Origin: an uncultured Alphaproteobacteria bacterium
Lineage (GTDB): Bacteria > Pseudomonadota > Alphaproteobacteria > Rhizobiales > Xanthobacteraceae
NCBI GenBank assembly: GCA_963823485.1
Contig: CAWGLP010000006.1
Span: forward strand, 12,204-76,203
Reading direction: 5' to 3'
DNA length: 64,000 nt
The translations under genes were made by a program, and so were the position numbers. Positions 42,081 to 53,554 of the stretch are shown in pieces. The first letter of the stretch is position 1; the number at the start of each line of letters is the position of its first letter. Below the pieces are notes generated by a model that was not told where the DNA came from, made no database searches, and saw nothing but the letters and a program-made list of their open reading frames with translations.

Positions 42081-43583
42081 ATGAATCCGAACGAGGCGCG
42101 GCTCGTCCGTACCACCGCCCTGACGATACTCGCGCTGGTGGCGATGCGGCTGGTCGCCGCCGCCTTTACGCCCATCACCTTCGACGAAGCCTATTACTGG
42201 ATGTGGTCGAAGCATCTGGCGGGTGGCTATTACGACCATCCGCCGATGGTCGCCGTGGTGATCCGGCTCGGCACCCTTATTGCGGGGGATACCGAATTCG
42301 GTGTGCGGCTGGTTTCGATCCTGCTGGCGCTGCCGATGAGCTGGGCGATGTACCAGGCCGGCGCCGTGCTGTTCGGCAGCCGGCGCGTGGCGGCGTCCTC
42401 GGCGATCCTTCTGAACGTCACCCTGATGGCCGCGGTCGGCACCCTGATCGTGACGCCGGACGCGCCGCTGCTGGTGGCGTCGAGCTTTCTCTTGTTTGCG
42501 CTCGCCAAGGTGCTCGAAACCGGGCGCGGCGTGTGGTGGCTCGCAGTCGGGGCCGCGGCCGGGTGCGCGCTGTTGTCGAAATACACCGCGCTGTTCTTCG
42601 GGCCGGCGATCCTGATCTGGCTCGTCGTGGTACCCGGGCTGCGGCGCTGGCTGATCTCGCCATGGCTTTATCTCGGCGGCCTCGTCGCGCTGGTGACGTT
42701 TGCGCCGGTGATACGCTGGAACGCTGATCATCACTGGGTCTCCTTCATCAAGCAGATGGGGCGGGCCAGGATCGAGGATTTCCGGCCGCTCTTCATCGCC
42801 GAATTGATTCCGACGCAGATCGCTTTTGCGACGCCGCTGGTGTGGATGCTCGGGGTGATGGGCCTTTATGCGCTCTATCGCCGCCGCGCCGGCGCGCTGC
42901 CGGCGCGCGTGCTGGTCAACACGATGTTCTGGACCATCGTCGCCTACTTCACCTGGCATTCGCTGCATGCCCGCGTCGAGGCCAACTGGTTTGCGCCGGT
43001 TTATCCGGCGTTTGCGATGGCAGCCGCGGTTGCCGCGCATCTCGTCGAATGGCAGCCGCGCTGGCAGCGCATCGTTGACTTCTGCCGGCGCTGGGCGGTG
43101 CCGGGCGGCGTCGTGATGTTTGTCCTGCTGGTGGTGCAGGCCAATACCGGCATCCTCTCGGGCTATCGCCGCGACGCCACCGTGCGCAGCGTCGGCGTCG
43201 GCTGGCGCGAAACGGCCGATGCCATCGAGGCGGTGAGGGCGCGCACCGGCGCGACATGCGTGCTCGCGCCGGATTACGGCACCACCAGTTGGCTTGCCTT
43301 CCATCTGCCGAAGGGCAGTTGCGTCGCGCAGTGGGGCCAGCGCATCCGCTGGGTCAATATGCCCGAGCCCGATGCAGCGCAGCTCGCGGGCAAATTGCTC
43401 TATGTCTATGAAGCCTGGCTCGGCAATACGCCCTATCTGAAGGACAGGTTTGCCCGTGCCGAACGGGTGGGTGAGGTCCAACGCAAGCGCGGCCCGCTGT
43501 TGATCGAGACCTATGCGCTCGATCTGCTGCAGGGACAAACGGGCGATGTGCTCGAGCGCTCTCCGCCGCTCGAACTGCGGTAG
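42081..43583 (+). CDS. GT-C fold (ArnT/PMT family) glycosyltransferase
   Basis: DEAYYW, YYDHPPM and LSKY motifs; many TM helices; follows the GT2-GtrA gene. Confidence 0.88.
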   Translation: MNPNEARLVRTTALTILALVAMRLVAAAFTPITFDEAYYWMWSKHLAGGYYDHPPMVAVVIRLGTLIAGDTEFGVRLVSILLALPMSWAMYQAGAVLFGSRRVAASSAILLNVTLMAAVGTLIVTPDAPLLVASSFLLFALAKVLETGRGVWWLAVGAAAGCALLSKYTALFFGPAILIWLVVVPGLRRWLISPWLYLGGLVALVTFAPVIRWNADHHWVSFIKQMGRARIEDFRPLFIAELIPTQIAFATPLVWMLGVMGLYALYRRRAGALPARVLVNTMFWTIVAYFTWHSLHARVEANWFAPVYPAFAMAAAVAAHLVEWQPRWQRIVDFCRRWAVPGGVVMFVLLVVQANTGILSGYRRDATVRSVGVGWRETADAIEAVRARTGATCVLAPDYGTTSWLAFHLPKGSCVAQWGQRIRWVNMPEPDAAQLAGKLLYVYEAWLGNTPYLKDRFARAERVGEVQRKRGPLLIETYALDLLQGQTGDVLERSPPLELR

Positions 43584-43600
43584 GACGCTCCGCGGGCCGA

Positions 43601-45497
43601 TTACTCCGCGGCGTCGGGATGCGCGCGTGTGTCTGCCGGCCGGTCCTGGTTTCGCCACAGCCAGACCGTGAGCGAGCCGGACCTGCCGCGAGATCTGCGT
43701 TTCCACCGGACCGGCAAGGTTTCCGGTTTTCAACCGCGCACCGGCGCTTTCCGCCTCGGTGCGCAGGGTATCGCTCAGCGCCAGCCGCACGTCATGGCGG
43801 GCCGCAACTTCCATCAGGCGGCTGGATACGTTCACGGTATCTCCGGTCGCGGTGATGTGCTGATGGTTCCGGCCGCCGAGCCGGGAGGCGATGATCGGTC
43901 CGAAATGCGCGCCGATCTTGAAGCCGATGCGGGCCGCGATCGCCGGCGGCAGTGCTTCGATCCAGCGCTCGGTCCTGACGCAGAGCCCGATCGAGCATTC
44001 GGCCGCGCGCGTGGCGTCATCGGCCTCCGGCCTGGGAAGGCCGAACAGAATCATGGCGCCGTCACCGAGAAAACTGGTGATCATGCCGCCGCATCGGGTT
44101 GCCTCCTTGTCGACGAGCGCGTGAAAATCCTTCAGGAGCGCGCGTGTGACATCCGGGCCGAGGGTTTCGCTGAGCGCTGTGAAGCCGGAAAGGTCGACGA
44201 ACACCACGGCGGCGTTCTGCCGGACCGGCTTCAGCAGGAAGTCCGGATCGCGCGTCAGCCATTCCTGCAGGTCCGGCGTCTGGAACTGTTCGAGCAGTCT
44301 GGCCTGCGTGGCGAAATGCTGCGCGCGTCGCCGGCCGGACCAGAGCTGCACGGCGCCGAACAGCATCAGCGGCGGCGCGGTCGCAGCGATCGTCGTCGCG
44401 GCGTCGAGCCATATGCCGTGGGCGAATGCCGCCGTATTCGCGGCCGCCCATATCAGCACAATCGCGGTGACGGCGACGAGGCCGATGGCGTTGCGCCGCC
44501 AGGCGAGCAGGCCGACCAGCAGCATCGGAAGCAGGATCGTGGTCGCCGCCTCGATGATGCGCACCGACCGGTTGCGCACGATGCCGTCGCCCGCGACCAG
44601 ATGGGTGATGGCGGTGGAGATGATTTCGACGCCGGGCATCAGGGAATCGAACGGCGTGGGAAAGAAGTCGCCGGCGCCGGTCGCGGTCGCGCCGAGCACG
44701 ACAATCCGGCCCCGGATGGCGTCGCGATCGACCTCACCGCCAACGACGCTGGCGGCGCTGACGGTACGAATGGTGCGGCGCGGGCCGTAATAGGAGATCG
44801 GCAGCGCATAGCCGGAAGCGGTTGCGATCGAGCGGTCGCCGAACAGCAGGCGATCCGGCGCGATGGTCAGTGGTTGGCCGACCGCCACTGACGCAACGCG
44901 CAACGGAAACGACAGCTCGATCTTGTCGCGGGTCCGGAACAGCATCGGCACCGCCAGCGGCGTGCCGGTTTGCCCTGTCGTCACGTTGGCTATTCCGACT
45001 TCCGCGTGATCCGAAAACGCCGGCAGCGGCAGCAGGAAGCGGTCGGCCGTCGGCAGGCGGGCCAGCGGCCCGTCATTGCCCGCGGACGGCTGAACGACGT
45101 CCGGGAATACTGCCGCGGCCGCCAGCACGGCCGGGCGCGCCGCCAAGGCCTTCGCCAGTGCCGCGTCGCCCTCGGCGGAGCCTTTGTCGACCAGCAGCAG
45201 ATCGACCGCGATCACTTTCGGTTCCAGCCGCGCGATCGCCTCGACGATGGCGGCGATTTCAGTCCGGGGCAGGGGATAGGTACCGCCAAGTCTCACGACG
45301 TTATCGTCGATCGCGACGATGGTGACGAGGTCGGGCGGCGTCGTGGCGCCGCGGGCCAGCGTTCGAAGGTCGATCAACGTCGACTCGAACCGCTCCAGCA
45401 GCCGCAGATGGCCGCCCCAGTGACCGAGGCTGATCGCTGTCGCCCACAATCCGGTGCAGAGCAGCGCAATCAGAATATGAAGCCGCCGACCGCTCAT
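43601..45497 (-). CDS. CHASE2-domain class III nucleotide cyclase; 1-nt frameshift near 43690
   Basis: IVAIDD, IAVDLL, GRIVVLG and PGVEI (CHASE2); three TM helices; FVDLSGFT, FLGDG and GDTVNVSSRL. The true tail IRGRSGSLTVWLW...E* is in a shifted frame. Confidence 0.85.
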
Positions 45498-45504
45498 CGT
45501 CCCG

Positions 45505-46029
45505 CTATTGTCCCAACCTTGCCATCAGGGCCGCCACGCGCGGCGCCGCCCAGCGCTTGACCGTCAGATCTCCGGTCGCCTCGACGTCGACGCCGTCGCC
45601 GGCGCCGAGCACGACGCTGCCACGCCCCGCAGGCCGCGCAACGCGTACGCTGCCGTTGACGACGAACACCGACGTCTTTCCGTCCGCGGCGTCCACGGCC
45701 CATTTCGTGCCGCGCACGGCGGCGATTGCCTGCGGCGTCACCACCTCGAACCGGTTGCGGCCGGGCTTCTTCGGCACTTCGAGCAGCAGCGCCTTGTTGC
45801 TGAGCTCGACGGAATCGACATTGCCGTCGCGGTTGCGGTCTCCGAGCTCGAACCTGGCTCCGTTCTCGGCGATGATCGTGATCGCCTTCGCGCAGCGGAG
45901 CGTTTGTGTGCCCTGGGCCGAAGGCGTGGAGGTGCAGCCGAGGCTGGCCTGCTGGGCCGTCGCCTCTCCGGCGAAGAGCAACAGGCTTGTGAGGGCGATG
46001 CATCCGGCACGCGCCAGCATCATGGTCAT
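45505..46029 (-). CDS. Secreted FecR-domain protein
   Basis: Signal peptide and FEVVTPQAIAAVRGTKWAV...TSVFVVNGSVRV. Confidence 0.8.
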   Translation of the reverse strand: MTMMLARAGCIALTSLLLFAGEATAQQASLGCTSTPSAQGTQTLRCAKAITIIAENGARFELGDRNRDGNVDSVELSNKALLLEVPKKPGRNRFEVVTPQAIAAVRGTKWAVDAADGKTSVFVVNGSVRVARPAGRGSVVLGAGDGVDVEATGDLTVKRWAAPRVAALMARLGQ

Positions 46030-46361
46030 GGCAGCTTCCCTTCGGCTACGGCGAAACACAGGGAACAGGCTGATACGGCACCGTATCACGGCCGCTCTCG
46101 TGTGCAAAGCTAATGGTGGGCGTTAATGTGTCTGCGTGCGGCCGGTAAGGTTCAGCGCAATACCGGACCTGTGAAATGGCGCCACCGGACATCGATGCGA
46201 TCGTGCCTCTACACGCGGTGACACCAGCGCCGCGGCAGGGACAAAAAGGCTGACATGACCCGATATGGGACATGCCCCGCACACGCCAGGGCAGGCGCCT
46301 GATCGAAAGCGATTTTCGCAATAGTTCCATGTAGTTGAGGTCGCCTTAGTTCCGCCTGTGT

Positions 46362-46377
46362 TTAATCTGCATTTAAC
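46362..46377 (+). promoter_or_regulatory. CtrA-binding box
   Basis: Exact TTAA-N7-TTAAC (TTAATCTGCATTTAAC) about 110 nt upstream of the DUF2778 gene. Confidence 0.65.
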
Positions 46378-46487
46378 TAAAAGCCCCCCTTAATGGGGCT
46401 TCTGTACCTCTGCGAAATGCTGCCGGGGAACGTGTTCGGACGCAGCATCAAAGGGGATCTGGTGGAATTGTTCTGGGCGACGTGTGT

Positions 46488-47615
46488 ATGAGTAAAAGTA
46501 CGAGTGCGTATGCTCCTGCGGGCCGCCGCGGGAGGCCTTCCGGTCGGGGTGTTCCTCAATATCTGGTCGGTGGTGTCGCGGTGGCAGGCCTCGTGGTGGG
46601 CTGCGCCTGGACCGTCTACAGCAATGTTTTCGGCGCCAGCATCTATCCTTCCGTAAGCAGCGCCGCCCTGGAGGGCTTCGTCGCCGGGAATTCGACCATC
46701 GTCGCTGCGCGCCCGGAGCGGCCGTCCTTCAACGAAGTCTTTGCGTTGCTGCCGGACCGGCCACTGGTGATATCCCCGCCGGATAGCGTCGCCGCGTCGC
46801 TGATGTTCAACGAGCGGTTTGCAGCCGCCTCGCCGCAGGGCGAACCGCCCAAACCCGTTCCTGCCGAAACGACCAGGCTCGCCGAAGCTTCGCCACCCGC
46901 TGAAACGCCGAAGGCCGCTGCTTCGAAGACGAAGGCTTCCGCGCCGCCGGTCCAGCTCGCGCTGAATTCGCCGGCGTCCGTATCGAAGGAGGCTGACGCC
47001 AGGCCCGCGCCGAAGACGACGGGAGATTCCGTCCGCGACATGGCGCAACGCGCCAAGGCTGCGGTGATGGCGATCGCCGGCAGCGACAGGCAGAACATGG
47101 TCGAAAAGCTGTGGGGCAAGCAGCCTGCGGGCAACGCGCTGCTGGCTTACGCGTCGGCCGACGCGAGCGTGACGGGCAGCATCATCGATACGCGCAGCCA
47201 GAACCCGATGCTCGGCGGCTCGCCGCCCTATGATCGCCAGACCGCGGTGTACGACATCGCCGCCAAGATGGTTTATCTGCCCGACGGTACCCGGCTCGAA
47301 GCCCATTCGGGGCTCGGTTCCAAGATGGACGACATTCGCTATTCGCATGTGCGGATGCAGGGCGTGACGCCGCCGCACATCTACGAACTGAAGCCGCGCG
47401 AGGCGCTGTTTCACGGCGTGCCGGCGCTGCGGCTGACGCCGATCGGTGGCGAGGAAAAGATCCACGGCCGCGACGGGCTGCTGGCGCACAGCTACATGCT
47501 CGGGCCGAGCGGCCAGTCCAACGGCTGCGTCTCGTTCAAGGACTATTACGCGTTCCTCGACGCCTATCGCAACAAGGGCATCCGCCGCCTCGCGGTGCTG
47601 GCGAAGGTCCAGTAG
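46488..47615 (+). CDS. Membrane-anchored DUF2778 (Tlde1 / L,D-transpeptidase-fold) protein
   Basis: N-terminal TM helix, long P/A-rich linker, then LEAHSGLG, GVTPPHIY and LAHSYMLG...SNGCVSF with His and Cys catalytic residues. Confidence 0.8.
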   Translation: MSKSTSAYAPAGRRGRPSGRGVPQYLVGGVAVAGLVVGCAWTVYSNVFGASIYPSVSSAALEGFVAGNSTIVAARPERPSFNEVFALLPDRPLVISPPDSVAASLMFNERFAAASPQGEPPKPVPAETTRLAEASPPAETPKAAASKTKASAPPVQLALNSPASVSKEADARPAPKTTGDSVRDMAQRAKAAVMAIAGSDRQNMVEKLWGKQPAGNALLAYASADASVTGSIIDTRSQNPMLGGSPPYDRQTAVYDIAAKMVYLPDGTRLEAHSGLGSKMDDIRYSHVRMQGVTPPHIYELKPREALFHGVPALRLTPIGGEEKIHGRDGLLAHSYMLGPSGQSNGCVSFKDYYAFLDAYRNKGIRRLAVLAKVQ

Positions 47616-47635
47616 GCGGAGTGCGGTCGCGGGAC

Positions 47636-47740
47636 TTGTCATGCCCCGCGCATGCGGGGCATCCAGTACGCCGCGGCCTATCGTTTCAAGCATTGACGCC
47701 TCTGGAATACTGGGCCACCCGCCTTCGCGGGTGATGACAA
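47636..47740. repeat. REP-like palindromic element next to the large element
   Basis: TTGTCATGCCCCGCGCATGCGGGGCATCCAGTA...TACTGG...CCCGCCTTCGCGGGTGATGACAA. Confidence 0.75.
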
Positions 47741-47757
47741 GTGATATGACTTCGCGA

Positions 47758-48176
47758 TCTCGCGGCGCATCGCGCCCGAGTTTTGCTATTGATCTTGCCC
47801 TCAGAAAAACTGGAGGGCGCAGGGAAGACCGGGTGCGCGCTGCACCCGCGGTCTCGTGTGCAATGCGCACAAAAAGAAGCGCACACGAGCATACAGGTTC
47901 AGCGGAGAGCATCCGGCCTTCCCTGCGCAGTGGCTTTACGGCTTATAACGTGATCTCCCCGGTGAGACGGGCTCTGTTGCCACCGTCATCCGCGGAAGTT
48001 GCCTCCCGCGAACTTGACGCCAGCTTCGGGCGTCAGGACCACACGACTTCGCCGTACGCCTCCGCCACGCTCGTCAGTCGCAGCATCAGCGTCCACCGCA
48101 TCCCACCGCGCGTTCGTGACGATCGCGAGCCGCCCCTCTCATCGGGTGAGACGGGCAGAATTTAGCCACTGATTTG
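47758..48176 (-). ncRNA. Large structured non-coding repeat element, copy 2
   Basis: Reverse complement shares blocks CAAATCAGTGGCT, GAGGGGCG..TCGCGATCGTCACGAACGCG, GTGTGGTCCTG, GGAGATCACG, ATAAGCCGT, ACCTGTATGCTCGTGTGC and GCACACGAGACCGCGGGTGCAGC with copy 1. Confidence 0.7.
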
Positions 48177-48541
48177 CCCGACGAGGCAAAGGTCATTTTG
48201 CCCGTCGGGTTATTTTGTCGCGCCAGGCACATGCGCAATTGTGCGCTGGAGGACGACCCGGAGGGGCAAATCCAGAATCGAGCTCCCGGCAGAAGGACCG
48301 CCTACGGGCGGTCCTTAGCATCCGGAAAACCGACGTTCTTTGCCGGAACTGGAACCGCAAGTTCCAGCAGGCTTTACGATGTTACCCATGCGCATTTTGC
48401 GGTTGCGTTCAGGAGCGCGGTTGAATCTAAGCTCTCTTGCTGCAGAGCAATAACAGTCCGCCGCGGTCGTTTGGAACTTTTTGCCGCGACGAGGGCGTAG
48501 TTGTGTGAGTGGGTTTGTGCAGTGAAAGCAGATTCATCGCC

Positions 48542-49364
48542 ATGTTAGTCGCGGTCCGCGTCCCCTTGCATGAAAGCCGCCCTCGCAGCGGGTTTACCGC
48601 AGTGACGGCGCACGGCGGGACAGGCAATCGCATCCTTGCAGCCTTGCCGGCATCGGACCTCGATCTGCTGGGACCCGAACTCGAATTGATCGCGCTCGAA
48701 CAGGACGCGGTCCTTTCGCGGACCGGTGATGATATCGAGTACGTCATCTTCCCCCACAAGGGCGCGATCACGCTGATGATCGACATGGCGGACGGCCAGA
48801 CGGTCGCGACCGCGATCATCGGGCGTGAAGGGGCGGTGGGCTTGCTTTCGGTGCTCGGACCGTCGCCTTCGGCCATCACCGCGGTCGTGCGTGCGGCGGG
48901 GCCGGCGGTGCGGATTCCTGCATCGCGATTTCACGTCGCGTTCAGCCGCAGTCCCGGCGATCCGGCATGCGGTCCAGAACTACGTCAAGTCGATGCTGAT
49001 ACAGTTCCAGGTCGGCGCGGCCTGCAACGCCTTGCACCCGGTCGAAGCCCGTATGGCGCGCTGGATGCTCCAGCTTCGCGACGCCGTCGACCATGATGAA
49101 CTCCCGCTCACCCAGCATGCGCTGGCACAAATACTCGGTGTGCGGCGAACGACGGTCACGCTGCTGATGCGCAATCTTCGCGCCCGCGGAGCGATCAGGT
49201 CCGATCGACGAGGCTTCATCGAGATCGATCCGGCGCGGCTCGCGGCGGCGGCATGCGAATGCCACAGCTTCATGCGTTCGGAAGTCGAGGAGATATTCTC
49301 GTCGGGCTCGACCGGGTCCCGCACAGCCGTTGGGCCCGAGCAGCGGCGTATCCCCCCTGAATAG
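48542..49364 (+). CDS. Crp/Fnr family regulator, frameshift near 48955; start uncertain
   Basis: GNRILAALP...IIGREGAVG in frame 1; ACNALHPVEARMARW...LTQHALAQILGVRRTTVT in frame 2. Confidence 0.8.
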
Positions 49365-49644
49365 GGCGATAGCACCTGGGTGCATTTCCGGGCGCCCGGG
49401 AAGCCGATCAATATCGAACGTCCGCCGGGCTCGGTCTCGCTCGCCACCACCGGATGCCTGCTCGAGTTTCGCAAGCTCGCGCAGCACCTTTGCCGTCTCG
49501 CGCAGTTCGTTGCGCGCAGGGCCCGGCTTCAGCCGTCGTGCTTCAACGAGGAAGTCCCTGGCCTGCAACAGCAGGAAGGGTGGTTCAGCCGAGATTTGCA
49601 TGCGCGACATCGTATCCCCCATCGCGATCGTCTCTTCATCTGCA

Positions 49645-49854
49645 TCAATGAACCTGGGAGCCTGTGCCATGAAGCCGGATGGCCGGCTCGTCGACCCAGG
49701 CTTCACGTGCAAACCATGGGTGATCGCTGCGGCAGAACGGGCAATGCGTGCGCGAGAAAAACACCGCGCGGCGCCCAAAGCTCTCGCGATCCGTCTTGAT
49801 CCCGGTGGAAATCGCGTGTCCGGTTTGCGGACATTTGACCATGACCATTCCCAT
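49645..49854 (-). CDS. Small putative zinc-binding protein
   Basis: MGMVMVKCPQTG...CPFCRSDHPW with Cys/Cys-x2-Cys/His ligands; GAGGG RBS. Confidence 0.65.
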   Translation of the reverse strand: MGMVMVKCPQTGHAISTGIKTDRESFGRRAVFFSRTHCPFCRSDHPWFAREAWVDEPAIRLHGTGSQVH

Positions 49855-50477
49855 GCTGCCCTCACTCACAATTGGACTTGATGGTTTCTTTCAGAAAAGT
49901 ACCGGCCGGTTGGAGTGCGCCTCTCGGTGCGGGTTACTTGGGGGGCATCGCGCACCTTGCCTGAGCGAGCATCGGCCAGTGGGGGCTCGTGTTCGCTGCC
50001 GGGCTTGCTCCAACCGGCCGGATCCCTGCAAGCGGATCTTCGGTCCGGTTGCAGGGTTCCTAACGGGCCGGGACGAGCCCTGGTGAAGTGCTCGGCGCTC
50101 GCCGCTCTGCCTGGCAAGCGGTTTTCAGGACGTTCGATCGCCGGCATCCGCGAGAATATTGTTTTCTGTTCAGCCTGACTTTCATTTCGATTTCACCCAC
50201 AGCCACGTCACCCTTCTCAAGCGAAAGCATTCTCCGCGGCGCACGCTCGCGTCACGAGAGCTCACGCTCCGTGTTCGATCAGTTCTGGATGAGCTTTGAT
50301 TTAGCCCCGACCCGATATGAGTTTGCGTCAGGGAAGTGGAACTGTCGGTTCGGTTTGCGACTCTCGCGTCAAAATTTTTTTCGAGATTGTCAATACAGAC
50401 CAAGCGGAGGTTGCCGCTGAACTGTGCACAACAGGGATATTGCCGTGCGGGCAGCCTTCGGTGTCGTCTGCCCAAAC

Positions 50478-50506
50478 AAAAACCCCGGCATCGCTGCCGG
50501 GGTTTT
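50478..50506 (-). terminator. groESL terminator
   Basis: AAAACCCCGGCA-TCGC-TGCCGGGGTTTT. Confidence 0.85.
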
Positions 50507-50538
50507 GCATTGCGTTGATGTTCGCCTGAGTGGCTGGA

Positions 50539-52182
<1,644 letters not shown>

Positions 52183-52207
52183 TTATGAGTTCTCCGTTGA
52201 ACTGGAT

Positions 52208-52335
52208 CCTCATCCCTGCATAACGGCTTTGCCGTTATTGCTGGAGAAGCCCGAAGGGCGTCTCGAAGGATGAGATGAGTTGCGCTTGCGGCTCATCCTT
52301 CGAGACGCCGGCTGCGCCGGCTCCTCAGGATGAGG
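52208..52335. repeat. CCTCAT...ATGAGG palindromic repeat between groES and groEL
   Basis: CGTCTCGAAGGATGAG/CTCATCCTTCGAGACG inverted pair; the 3' part is nearly identical to 53425-53463. Confidence 0.8.
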
Positions 52336-52342
52336 GACGGGC

Positions 52343-52660
52343 TTAGGCGGCTTTCTTCTTGGAAGCGGGAACGTCGGTGAGGACGCCCATGATGTCGCTT
52401 TCCTTCATGATCAGGAGATCCTCACCGTCGAGCTTGACCTCGGTGCCTGACCACTTCCCGAACAGCACGCGGTCGCCGACCTTGATGTCGATCGGGATCA
52501 GCTTGCCGGCTTCGTCGCGGCCACCCGGGCCGACGGCGGTGACTTCGCCCTGCGAGGGCTTTTCCTTGGCACTGTCCGGAATGATGATGCCGCCAGCAGT
52601 CTTCTCTTCGGCGTCGATACGCTTGACCACGACGCGGTCGTGAAGCGGACGGAATTTCAT
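52343..52660 (-). CDS. groS: Co-chaperonin GroES
   Basis: [12 protein letters not shown] and [13 protein letters not shown]. Confidence 0.99.
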   Translation of the reverse strand: MKFRPLHDRVVVKRIDAEEKTAGGIIIPDSAKEKPSQGEVTAVGPGGRDEAGKLIPIDIKVGDRVLFGKWSGTEVKLDGEDLLIMKESDIMGVLTDVPASKKKAA

Positions 52661-52704
52661 GCAGTCCTCCTAAGTTTCTGAAGATGTTGTCAGATTCTGA
52701 AATT

Positions 52705-52731
52705 TTGGCAGTCCGTGCCAGCGAGTGCCAG
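52705..52731. promoter_or_regulatory. CIRCE element (HrcA operator)
   Basis: TTGGCAGTC-N9-GAGTGCCAG against the consensus TTAGCACTC-N9-GAGTGCTAA, 45 nt upstream of groES. Confidence 0.8.
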
Positions 52732-52791
52732 CTCGGCTGCGGTGGACATAAGCCAGTATTCTTCGGGGGACAAGGGCTTCTAGCAGAAAAA

Positions 52792-52818
52792 TTGGCACTC
52801 AAATATGACGCCTGCCAA
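52792..52818. promoter_or_regulatory. Second CIRCE-like element
   Basis: TTGGCACTC-N9-GCCTGCCAA. Confidence 0.6.
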
Positions 52819-52865
52819 TTTCATTCATCATGATTAACCGGGCGGCGCGACCCCGCGAGCTCGTA

Positions 52866-52892
52866 TTAGCACGTGCGGTAAGCTGCTGCTAA
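52866..52892. promoter_or_regulatory. Third, degenerate CIRCE-like element
   Basis: TTAGCACGT-N9-TGCTGCTAA; the outer hexamers match the consensus exactly at the 27-bp span. Confidence 0.4.
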
Positions 52893-53041
52893 CGCGACCT
52901 TTTTCAACAGATCGTTAAACATTTAGGCTTGTGATGAGTTGGTCACGTGCGTCACATTTCTCTCATGTGAGCGCATCTCCGCCGGGGTGGCTCGGTGTGT
53001 GGGCCACCACGACAAATGCGCTCCTTAAATGGAGGTTTGGC

Positions 53042-53329
53042 ATGGTCTCGCGGGTTGGTGTTGTTTCCGACGATTTCCGGAAGCAGGTGCTGGGTTACGG
53101 GCTGACGACGGCGCAAATTCTGTATCGTATGCCGGATCATCCCTCATTGCTGCAGACCTATGTCTGGCAAAACTACGATCTGTTTCCGAAATTTCCGGCG
53201 CTGAAGGATTTCCTCGCCTTCTGGCAGGAAAAGCTCGACGGCCCGCTGTACTCCGTGACGGTCGCGCATTCCAAGCTGATCAAGCCGGCCGAGCTTCGCG
53301 CCGTGGACGGCGTGTTCAGGCTGCATTGA
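53042..53329 (+). CDS. usg: Usg family protein
   Basis: GYGLTTAQILYRMPDHPSLLQTYVWQ...DGPLYSV; GGAGG RBS. Confidence 0.8.
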   Translation: MVSRVGVVSDDFRKQVLGYGLTTAQILYRMPDHPSLLQTYVWQNYDLFPKFPALKDFLAFWQEKLDGPLYSVTVAHSKLIKPAELRAVDGVFRLH

Positions 53330-53339
53330 AGGCGGTTCT

Positions 53340-53463
53340 CCTCATGGTGAAGAGGCGCGGAGCGCGCGTCTCCGGACGATACTGTGTATCGCCGGGCGAA
53401 CCATGAGGCTACAGGCGGGCCTGCATCCTTCGAGACGCCGCTGCGCGGCTCCTCAGGATGAGG
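53340..53463. repeat. CCTCAT...ATGAGG palindromic repeat
   Basis: Contains CATCCTTCGAGACGCCG...GGCTCCTCAGGATGAGG, shared with the 52208 element. Confidence 0.8.
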
Positions 53464-53554
53464 TTTGACAGACTGGCAGGCACGTCCGCTTTGCCTACCC
53501 TGTAAAAAAAGATTTGTGTTAGCCTTCGTTCATAACAAAACGGGGAGGCTACCA

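Noticed and set aside
41838-45497. 1219-aa ORF suggesting a giant cyclase fusion
   Set aside because: A 1-nt insertion near 43690 causes read-through into the antisense strand of the GT-C gene; the real stop is at 43601.
48473-48502. GGAAC upstream of the second crp gene as an EcfG promoter
   Set aside because: The -10 element (CGTA at N18) does not fit the consensus spacing well.
52952-52970. TCACAT-N7-ATGTGA palindrome upstream of usg
   Set aside because: Only 6-bp arms, inverted relative to a Crp box; could be chance without conservation data.
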